Shown here piece by piece: positions 20,709 through 27,745 of a stretch of DNA of 39,423 bases. The position numbers and the translations under genes are program-made. Under the pieces are notes generated by a model that saw only the letters and a list, made by a program, of their open reading frames with translations, searched no databases and was not told where the DNA came from. Source of the DNA: Calditrichaceae bacterium (GTDB lineage Bacteria; Calditrichota; Calditrichia; Calditrichales; JBFXGD01); assembly GCA_050178385.1 (NCBI GenBank), contig JBFXGD010000014.1, forward strand, positions 1-39,423, written 5' to 3'. How positions within the stretch are numbered: position 1 is the stretch's first letter; every line of letters begins with the position of its first letter.

Positions 20709-22166
20709 ATGAGTAAATTAGAAATATATAATACATTAAGCAGAAAAAAAGAAACTTTTAAACCGATACATCCGGGTTTTGTCGGTATTTATGTTTGCGG
20801 CCCGACTGTGTACGGACATGCTCATCTGGGGCACGCAAAAAGTTACATCAGTTTTGATATTGTGGTGAGATATCTGCGCTATCTGGATTACAGAGTGCGT
20901 TATGTACAGAATATCACTGATGTCGGTCATCTGGTAAGCGACGCCGATGAAGGTGAGGATAAAATTATCAAACAGGCGAGACTAGAGAAACTTGAACCGA
21001 TGGAAATTGCCGAATTATATACCCGAAGTTATTTTGAAGATATGGATGTTTTAAATGTCCTGCGGCCGGATATATCACCCAGGGCCACAGGTCATATTCC
21101 GGAGCAAATCGATTTGATAAATGACCTTATGGAGAAAGGATTCGCTTACGAATCCGGTGGCAATATCTATTTCGATGTGAGCAAATTCAGTGATTACGGT
21201 AAATTATCCGGCAGGAAGGTCGATGAGCTCATGGCCGGTGTCAGGATTGATCTTAATGATGAAAAAAAACATCCCGCCGATTTCGCGTTATGGAAAAAAG
21301 CGGAAAGCGGACATATTATGCAGTGGAACAGTCCCTGGGGTAAAGGTTATCCGGGATGGCATCTTGAATGTTCATCAATGTCCACTAAATATTTAGGGGA
21401 GACGTTTGATATACATGGCGGTGGTCTGGAAAATATTTTTCCGCATCATGAGTGCGAAATCGCTCAAAGTGAAGCTGCTAACGGAAAGTCCTTCGCGCGC
21501 TATTGGATGCACAACAATATGGTTACCGTCGATGGTGTTAAAATGGGAAAATCTTTGGGGAATTTTATTACCATCAAGGACGCGGTGAAAAAATATCCGC
21601 CACTTGCCATTCGTTTTTTTATCCTGACAAGTCATTACCGTTCGCCCCTCGATTTTAGTGCTCAGGCCTTGGACGCCGCGCAGAAAGGCCTTGAAAAAAT
21701 TCACGGTAACTTTGTAAGAATATCGAAAATTAAAACCACAGATGATTCCGATGGCGGTGAATTCCAAAAGAGCATAGACGCTTACCGCAAGGCATTTGAA
21801 GAAGCAATGAATGATGATTTCAATACGCCGCGCGCGATTGCCGCTCTGTTTGATTTCTTCAGAGATATAAACAGCCGGCTCGATCAGACACGGGACGCCT
21901 TGAATAGGTCTGATGCTGAAAAACTAAATACGATTATCAATAAAACCGCCGGCGATGTATTAGGTCTGCTTCCCGACCGCGATATTCAGGCTGAGCATTC
22001 TGGAAATGGTGATATTTCCGGGATAATGAAGATTATCCTTGATATCAGGCTTAAACTTCGCAAGGAAAAGAATTTTGCCTTATCTGATGAGATCAGAGAC
22101 CGTCTGGCGGATATAAATATTGAAATAAAAGATACTCCCACAGATACGGAGTGGGAACAAAAATAG
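20709..22166 (+). CDS. cysS: Cysteine--tRNA ligase
   Basis: CGPTVY..HLGH, DFALWK, PGWHLECS, FPHHECE, KMGKS. Confidence 0.97.
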   Translation: MSKLEIYNTLSRKKETFKPIHPGFVGIYVCGPTVYGHAHLGHAKSYISFDIVVRYLRYLDYRVRYVQNITDVGHLVSDADEGEDKIIKQARLEKLEPMEIAELYTRSYFEDMDVLNVLRPDISPRATGHIPEQIDLINDLMEKGFAYESGGNIYFDVSKFSDYGKLSGRKVDELMAGVRIDLNDEKKHPADFALWKKAESGHIMQWNSPWGKGYPGWHLECSSMSTKYLGETFDIHGGGLENIFPHHECEIAQSEAANGKSFARYWMHNNMVTVDGVKMGKSLGNFITIKDAVKKYPPLAIRFFILTSHYRSPLDFSAQALDAAQKGLEKIHGNFVRISKIKTTDDSDGGEFQKSIDAYRKAFEEAMNDDFNTPRAIAALFDFFRDINSRLDQTRDALNRSDAEKLNTIINKTAGDVLGLLPDRDIQAEHSGNGDISGIMKIILDIRLKLRKEKNFALSDEIRDRLADINIEIKDTPTDTEWEQK

Positions 22167-22181
22167 CAGAGTAGAGCAAAT

Positions 22182-22211
22182 AAAAAACCCCGGTATGACC
22201 GGGGTTTTTTT
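22182..22211. terminator. Bidirectional intrinsic terminator between cysS and the convergent cytochrome gene
   Basis: AAAAAACCCCGGT-ATG-ACCGGGGTTTTTTT: GC stem with an A-tract on one side and a T-tract on the other. Confidence 0.9.
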
Positions 22212-22245
22212 GTTTCTTACGTTTTATCGGCCTTTTGGAAAGCGG

Positions 22246-23982
22246 TTAAAAATTCCTTACAGCTTTATCACGTGAACTTAGTAAAGTCAAAGTTGAATAT
22301 GATGACTTTTCCGGGATCTGGGACTGCATGTAAAGAATGGATTGTTGCAGAATCTGAATCGCGTATTCAGGATTATGAATTCCGCGGCTTCCATCACCCA
22401 AAACGAATGCCAGATTGTAACCTCCGGTTCTCAATATCTGCGCCTGGGTGGTTGGTTCACCCGCGGCTGTAGTATCATTGATGGTTTCAGACAGAGCAGT
22501 AACAATATCCATACCTACCGTATCCAAACCTGCCGTGACCAATTCTGAAGTTAGGTTATCCATCAGACCGTCAATTTCCAGCTGTAAACCTTCGGTTGTG
22601 CCGTCACCATCAAAGTCATTGTTTGCCATAATATCCTCAAAATCACTGACCGTTCCGTGGCATTTCCCGCAGGAGCTTGTAGTCGCTTCAAATGTATGAC
22701 CGGTATTGGCGTTTGGATAAGGAGTGGCGTTCATATGACAGGTTGTACAGCCGTTTTCGATCACATAATGGTTTGTAAATTTGCCGCTGAATTCAAAATC
22801 AAATCCTTCATAAGCGCTGATTCCCGCCAGCATATCACCCTGAGGTGATTCGTGAGGACCAAAATGGGCATAACCGGTCTCAATTTGAGTATCGGCTGAA
22901 CGGCGCGCGTGATGGCACTGTACGCAAAGCTGGCCGTTTCCGGCAATCGCGATGGTCTGAGTTTCCATATTGGCTTCTACGGAAGTGACATCAGCGAGTG
23001 TACGCAACTGGAACGCATTTTCATCACTGTGCGGATTATGACAGGTTGAGCAGGAAACATTGCCGGGATCCGCTGGATCATGAGCAACACCACCACCGAA
23101 TGCGGCTATAAATCCGGAACCGCTATGGCAAGGCTGACAAAAACTGTTTGCGGGCGCACCGTGCGCGGCGGTCGCGGGATCGAAATTATGTTTGGAATCA
23201 ACCCAGTCTGAATTGAATGGATGATGTTCGCCGGAATGGCATGTGGTGCAGTTTTCCGCGCTGATATCAACATTTATAGCTCTGTCCTCAGCGGTGAAGT
23301 CCGGATGTTTTGAACCGGGACCATGGCAGTTTTCGCACTGTACATTTTCAAACATGGCGATTGGCGCGTCATCATATCCCGCATTTCCCGGAACCTGGTC
23401 AAAATCAACCGTATGGCATGGATTACAGTAAGAAGCGGGATGAGCGCTGGCCTGGAGTGTTGCCCAGGCGTGAGCATGACCGGTTTCCTGCCATTCCGCG
23501 GCCTTACCGCTATGGCAGGTGGCGCATTTGGCGCCGCCGACATAGAATGTATCTGTAATGGCGGCATACATTCCGACACCGATATTTCTTGAACCAACTC
23601 CTATATAAGTGCCGTCAGTAATATGCACGGAAATCACATAAGTACCGGCATCATCCGGTGCTTTCCATGTGACTGTATCACCTTCGGTCTTATCAAATTT
23701 TCCATCGTTTGATACCCAGAAGTATTTTAAAGCACCTACTTCGGATACAACATCAGTTTCGGCGGTAAGTGTGATTGTACCTCCGACAGCGATGGAATCC
23801 GGATTTGTAACGATATCATTTACGACAACCGGAATCACATTCACAAATATACTGTCATGAACCGTGACGGTATCCCTTACAGTTACTTCTACAATCTTTT
23901 CCGTTTCGTCTGTACAGCCTCCAAAGAACAGCGTACCAAGAAATAACATTGGCATAACGACAGAAATTAATCTCCTTAACAT
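22246..23982 (-). CDS. Nonaheme cytochrome c lipoprotein with N-terminal Ig/PKD-like domain
   Basis: ATG 23982 after AGGAGGGG; lipobox LFFGG-C23. Nine CxxCH (CATCH, CNPCH, CENCH, CTTCH, CQPCH, CSTCH, CVQCH, CTTCH, CGKCH); C-terminal DGSRGIHNPEY helical region. Confidence 0.92.
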   Translation of the reverse strand: MLRRLISVVMPMLFLGTLFFGGCTDETEKIVEVTVRDTVTVHDSIFVNVIPVVVNDIVTNPDSIAVGGTITLTAETDVVSEVGALKYFWVSNDGKFDKTEGDTVTWKAPDDAGTYVISVHITDGTYIGVGSRNIGVGMYAAITDTFYVGGAKCATCHSGKAAEWQETGHAHAWATLQASAHPASYCNPCHTVDFDQVPGNAGYDDAPIAMFENVQCENCHGPGSKHPDFTAEDRAINVDISAENCTTCHSGEHHPFNSDWVDSKHNFDPATAAHGAPANSFCQPCHSGSGFIAAFGGGVAHDPADPGNVSCSTCHNPHSDENAFQLRTLADVTSVEANMETQTIAIAGNGQLCVQCHHARRSADTQIETGYAHFGPHESPQGDMLAGISAYEGFDFEFSGKFTNHYVIENGCTTCHMNATPYPNANTGHTFEATTSSCGKCHGTVSDFEDIMANNDFDGDGTTEGLQLEIDGLMDNLTSELVTAGLDTVGMDIVTALSETINDTTAAGEPTTQAQILRTGGYNLAFVLGDGSRGIHNPEYAIQILQQSILYMQSQIPEKSSYSTLTLLSSRDKAVRNF

Positions 23983-24051
23983 AAAACCCCTCCTAAATAA
24001 TATGAACAATTAGACATAATGATTTTTGTTTAGTGTTGAACATCCCGTTGA

Positions 24052-24417
24052 TTAATAATTTAATTTTTTTTCGCCCAGATACCTTTGTAGCTGCTCATGA
24101 AACTCGTTCTGTGCAACAGGTTTCATTAAATAAGCCAGTATTCCCATTGGCAGAGCCTTTTTACATATCGTAATATGTTTATCAGAGAGTACCAGGATCA
24201 CAGGCACCGATCTTTTTAATAATTTTATAATTTTAAGAACATGAATAACCCGTTGTTCCAGTAAATCGATATCGAGAATAACCAGCTCGTAATGATTTGA
24301 AAGAAAACTTTCGAGAAATGTACAACAGGCTCTATAAGACTGGATCTCAAAATTAAAATCCGAATCCGGCTGTCCCTTGAATGTCTCTTCTGCTGTAAGT
24401 ATAATTACATGTTTCAT
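24052..24417 (-). CDS. Atypical stand-alone receiver-domain protein (copy 1)
   Basis: ATG 24417 after AGGA. LVILDIDLL, ILVLS and AYLMKPV receiver pattern; lacks the beta1 DD pair; YRACC. Confidence 0.8.
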   Translation of the reverse strand: MKHVIILTAEETFKGQPDSDFNFEIQSYRACCTFLESFLSNHYELVILDIDLLEQRVIHVLKIIKLLKRSVPVILVLSDKHITICKKALPMGILAYLMKPVAQNEFHEQLQRYLGEKKLNY

Positions 24418-24447
24418 TTCATTCCTAACTTTTAATAGAAATGTAAT

Positions 24448-24464
24448 TACATAAATTGTGCCAA
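24448..24464 (-). promoter_or_regulatory. Sigma54 (-24/-12) promoter of module 1
   Basis: Minus strand TTGGCACAATTTATGTA: TGGCAC -24 box with correctly spaced TG(T) -12 box. 16/17 identical to the copy at 27398-27414. Confidence 0.75.
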
Positions 24465-24540
24465 GAATCACAATGTTGGCTATCTTGTTAATAAACAAGT
24501 GGATAAGAGAATTCATAATTATGCGTTTGAATTCCAGATA

Positions 24541-24556
24541 GAGACAAGATTGTCGC
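24541..24556. promoter_or_regulatory. Palindromic activator site (proximal UAS, module 1)
   Basis: GAGACAAGATTGTCGC, fitting GnGACA-N4-TGTCnC. Confidence 0.7.
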
Positions 24557-24628
24557 GGTAACGGAAGTGAATTATTCTAAATGGTTGTTATTATGGGGTA
24601 TAGCTATTCGTGACAATAAAAAAGTGGT

Positions 24629-24644
24629 GGGACACATTTGTCAC
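24629..24644. promoter_or_regulatory. Palindromic activator site (distal UAS, module 1)
   Basis: GGGACACATTTGTCAC, 88 bp from the proximal site. Confidence 0.68.
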
Positions 24645-24816
24645 AGTACAGGTCTGAAATAATAAAAGAAATTATTAGACAACTGAAAATATAGATAAAA
24701 GTGTATATTTTTATTTATATCAGTGTTTAAACTGATGATAAGAAAATACAGTATTCATACTTTTTGCTTAATATCAGAATGTGGATTGAATATTTATTCG
24801 AAATAATAAATATTTT

Positions 24817-24849
24817 AAAAAGCCTTTCCGCCCGGAGGCGGAAAGGCTT
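24817..24849 (-). terminator. Intrinsic terminator after the T9SS-tagged cytochrome
   Basis: 13-bp perfect stem AAGCCTTTCCGCC/GGCGGAAAGGCTT with a 4-nt loop; U-tract on the minus strand. Confidence 0.88.
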
Positions 24850-24867
24850 AATCTGAATCGAGGTTTC

Positions 24868-26898
24868 TTACTTCATCAATATCATTTTCTTCATCGATTC
24901 AAATTGTTTACCATCGTTAGCTGTTACTGTTAGTCGATAGAAATATACACCGGATGAAAGATTTGACGCGATGAATTTTGTGTCATGCGCGCCGGCATTC
25001 ATGTTATCATCAATAAGAGTAGCCACTTTTTGTCCAAGTGTGTTGTAAACCACGAGATTAACATGACCGGATTTCACAAGTGAGAAATGAATGTTTGTTT
25101 TCGGATTGAACGGGTTTGGATAGTTCTGTGACAATGCATAATTCATTGGAATAATATTTACTTCGTCTGAGATTCCCGTTGCATTTAAGGCAGCGATGGA
25201 TTCATTTAGAAGAGCGATAGTATATGCCGGATTGTGGATACCAAAACTTCCGTCTTCCTCAACAAAGAAATAATTGTAACCGGCCTGAGCTTCTACCAAT
25301 GTGACTGATGAGTCATCAATAGCGACTGTCGGTTCACCTTTTGGGGGGAGAAGAAGCGCGAGTTCTTCCAGCAGTCCCTCTACTTCCTGCTGCAATCCTT
25401 CGGCTGTTCCATCACCGTCATGATCAGCGTTTCCGTTGATGTAGTATTTTTTCTCATCAAATGAAGTTCCCACATTGCCATGGCAATCGGCGCACGCGGC
25501 GACGTTGTCCACACCATCAGGTGTGCTCATTGCAAATGAGTGGGATCCGCTTAATATAACTTCACCGCTTTCATCGGCATGTCCGGGATACATATGACAA
25601 TCAACGCAGGCGTTTTCCGTGGCTGCCAGATGCGGAGATGAAGGTAAATCTTTACCAAAAGTCACCGTATTTGTTCCAATGAGCATATCTCCCTGCAAAC
25701 TGCCATGTGGTCCGAAATGGCTGCTCAGATTAGCCAGATAGTCGTTCGTATAAATCTCCGCATCCTGACGGCTTTTATGGCAGTTCATACAAAGTTTGCC
25801 AAGCCCGCCCTGTGTGACAACTTCACCATTGGTTAAAGTTGCTTCAATCGTTCTTACCTGATGCTCATTTGTCACATTATGCGGATCATGACAGGCCGCG
25901 CAGGTAATAGGCAGGTAATCCGTGTTTATGGGAGTGACACCTTTTAAACTTTGGACAAATCCTATACCTGTATGGCATGGAACGCAGGATTCACGATTGG
26001 CACCGGATGGATAGGTGGTGGCGTTGCCATGCAATGAGACATCCCACTGCTCTGGATAGACATGGTGAGTGCCTGAATCATGGCACCAGGCGCAGTTATC
26101 TGCCTTAAGATCAACAATCATCCTGGCGTCGCTGGTATTGCCGTTATGGCGATCACCGGGACCATGGCAGCTTTCACACTGAATTCTTGCCAGTTTCATT
26201 GAATTTGGATAAAGCGCTTCGAGTGCGTCCCAAGTTCCGGGAGCAAGTGAATCAGGGAATGCCCACACAGAATCAATGTCGTCGATTAGCTGAGTGCGGT
26301 CATCAAAGCCGTCGTTTTTGGCCATTAGATCATAGCCGGTTGTATGGCAGCTGACGCAATCCGGGCCATAATGATCACTGGCGGTTCCCATCATTGCTTC
26401 TTCAAATAACCAATAGTGGCCGGTCTGTTCCCAAGGTGTAACCACATCATCCAAAAATGTATCAGGCCCATGGCAATTGGTACAATTTTCATAAACACCG
26501 ACATATTTGCCGGCATTGATGGTCAGTTCGGCTGAAAATGCTCCGTCGGCGAAAGTTATTTTGTATGTACCGGCGATGTCAGGTGTAAAGACAATAACTT
26601 CTGATGAAGTATCCATTACCGCCATCGCGCCGAAGTCAGCCATTGAACCGTTAGGTTTAACGGTGACGCTCCATACAGGATTTGTCAGACTGGCTCCGCT
26701 AAGCGTTCCCTTTAAATACATCTGTGTCTCAATACCGACATTGTTCAATCCGTTAAAAGCCCGGTCAAATATATCTTCCGTATCAGCAACAACATCACGA
26801 GGCGAGACACCATAGGTTTCCAGTTTCATAGTCTGCGCGAAAACCTGTGCAGCGCAGATCAGAAACATGGCCAGAACTAAAAGTAATTTTTTGTTCAT
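24868..26898 (-). CDS. Nonaheme cytochrome c with Sec signal peptide and C-terminal T9SS type-A sorting (Por secretion tail) domain
   Basis: GGAGGGG RBS; signal peptide ending VFA-Q. Nine CxxCH (CTNCH, CVSCH, CESCH, CAWCH, CVPCH, CAACH, CMNCH, CVDCH, CADCH). Tail YALSQNYPNPFNPKT...VYNTLGQKV...LSSGVYFYRL...KKMILMK. Confidence 0.93.
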   Translation of the reverse strand: MNKKLLLVLAMFLICAAQVFAQTMKLETYGVSPRDVVADTEDIFDRAFNGLNNVGIETQMYLKGTLSGASLTNPVWSVTVKPNGSMADFGAMAVMDTSSEVIVFTPDIAGTYKITFADGAFSAELTINAGKYVGVYENCTNCHGPDTFLDDVVTPWEQTGHYWLFEEAMMGTASDHYGPDCVSCHTTGYDLMAKNDGFDDRTQLIDDIDSVWAFPDSLAPGTWDALEALYPNSMKLARIQCESCHGPGDRHNGNTSDARMIVDLKADNCAWCHDSGTHHVYPEQWDVSLHGNATTYPSGANRESCVPCHTGIGFVQSLKGVTPINTDYLPITCAACHDPHNVTNEHQVRTIEATLTNGEVVTQGGLGKLCMNCHKSRQDAEIYTNDYLANLSSHFGPHGSLQGDMLIGTNTVTFGKDLPSSPHLAATENACVDCHMYPGHADESGEVILSGSHSFAMSTPDGVDNVAACADCHGNVGTSFDEKKYYINGNADHDGDGTAEGLQQEVEGLLEELALLLPPKGEPTVAIDDSSVTLVEAQAGYNYFFVEEDGSFGIHNPAYTIALLNESIAALNATGISDEVNIIPMNYALSQNYPNPFNPKTNIHFSLVKSGHVNLVVYNTLGQKVATLIDDNMNAGAHDTKFIASNLSSGVYFYRLTVTANDGKQFESMKKMILMK

Positions 26899-26973
26899 AC
26901 TAACCCCTCCGTAATTTGATATGGTAAACCACTTATCTATGATCTTTAATAGCTGTGTAATCGCAGCTATTCA

Positions 26974-27363
26974 TCATATGTCTTTTTCAAGCCTACTGTT
27001 TCCATGTTGTAAGATCGGATCCAAAATTCTGAATAATTCCTTACCGGAGACCGGTTTTATAAGATAGGAATGGATTCCCAGTGGCAATGCTTGTTTACAG
27101 ATCGAGATGTGTTCTTCCGACAGGATTAGAATAATTACGATAGAATTTTTAATCAGCTTGAGTACGTTAATAAGATGAGTCACCCGTTCCTTTAAAAGAT
27201 CGATATCCAGCATAATCATATCAGTATGCAGGGTCAGAAATCCCTCCATAAGTTCGCAACAGCTCTGATAACAGGTCACTTCAATTTTGCAAAGGCCATC
27301 CAGAGTGCTTTGAAAATCCTCAACTAGTCCGTGCTCGGAGGACAAAACCAGGAGTCTTTTCAT
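26974..27363 (-). CDS. Atypical stand-alone receiver-domain protein (copy 2)
   Basis: ATG 27363 after AAGGGA; MIMLDIDLL, ILILS, SYLIKPV, YQSCC. 40 of 78 residues identical to copy 1 in an ungapped hand alignment. Confidence 0.8.
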   Translation of the reverse strand: MKRLLVLSSEHGLVEDFQSTLDGLCKIEVTCYQSCCELMEGFLTLHTDMIMLDIDLLKERVTHLINVLKLIKNSIVIILILSEEHISICKQALPLGIHSYLIKPVSGKELFRILDPILQHGNSRLEKDI

Positions 27364-27397
27364 GTTATCCCTTTTTCTGACCAGTATAAATATTTTA

Positions 27398-27414
27398 TAC
27401 ATATATTGTGCCAA
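27398..27414 (-). promoter_or_regulatory. Sigma54 (-24/-12) promoter of module 2
   Basis: Minus strand TTGGCACAATATATGTA. Confidence 0.75.
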
Positions 27415-27489
27415 ATATCATAAAAAGACTAAGCTCAATATTTACAATTAGTTAGCCGTGCCTGTGATTATGTGTATTAGTACTGTGGC

Positions 27490-27505
27490 GAGACAATTTT
27501 GTCGC
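27490..27505. promoter_or_regulatory. Palindromic activator site (proximal UAS, module 2)
   Basis: GAGACAATTTTGTCGC, 14/16 identical to 24541-24556. Confidence 0.7.
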
Positions 27506-27578
27506 ATAATATTTTCTTATTTATTGATAAGTTATTGTTTATTAATGAGATACCAAACCGTAACCAACCTGCGACATT

Positions 27579-27594
27579 GGGACAAAATTGTCCC
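27579..27594. promoter_or_regulatory. Palindromic activator site (distal UAS, module 2)
   Basis: GGGACAAAATTGTCCC with perfect 7-bp arms, 89 bp from the proximal site. Confidence 0.7.
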
Positions 27595-27690
27595 TGAAAA
27601 TCAATGTTTTTTATGTAATTAGTCCTAAATTATCACCGAAATGATTCTGTTTGGGGAAGAACTGTCAATATCAGAAATAAAGCGGACGGT

Positions 27691-27719
27691 TTGACATGAT
27701 TCCTATTTTTTAATAAACT
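27691..27719 (+). promoter_or_regulatory. Sigma70 promoter of the sensor kinase/activator operon
   Basis: TTGACA-17 bp-TAAACT, then AAGGAA RBS and ATG 27746. Confidence 0.7.
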
Positions 27720-27745
27720 TATACATCGGTAAGAAGGAATTTTTT

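Noticed and set aside
24466..24478. IHF site (AATCACAATGTTG) between UAS and promoter
   Set aside because: One mismatch to WATCAANNNNTTR, directly abutting the -24 box, and not conserved at the same position in module 2.
24418..24516. N-terminal extensions of the receiver ORFs in the ORF track (to 24516 and 27414)
   Set aside because: They run through the predicted sigma54 promoters. The downstream ATGs (24417, 27363) have RBSs and align with each other at beta1.
22246..26898. Calling the cytochromes NrfA (ammonia-forming nitrite reductase) or HAO
   Set aside because: They have nine CxxCH motifs, no CxxCK, and no nrfH/nrfBCD neighbours. Only scaffold-level resemblance is supportable.
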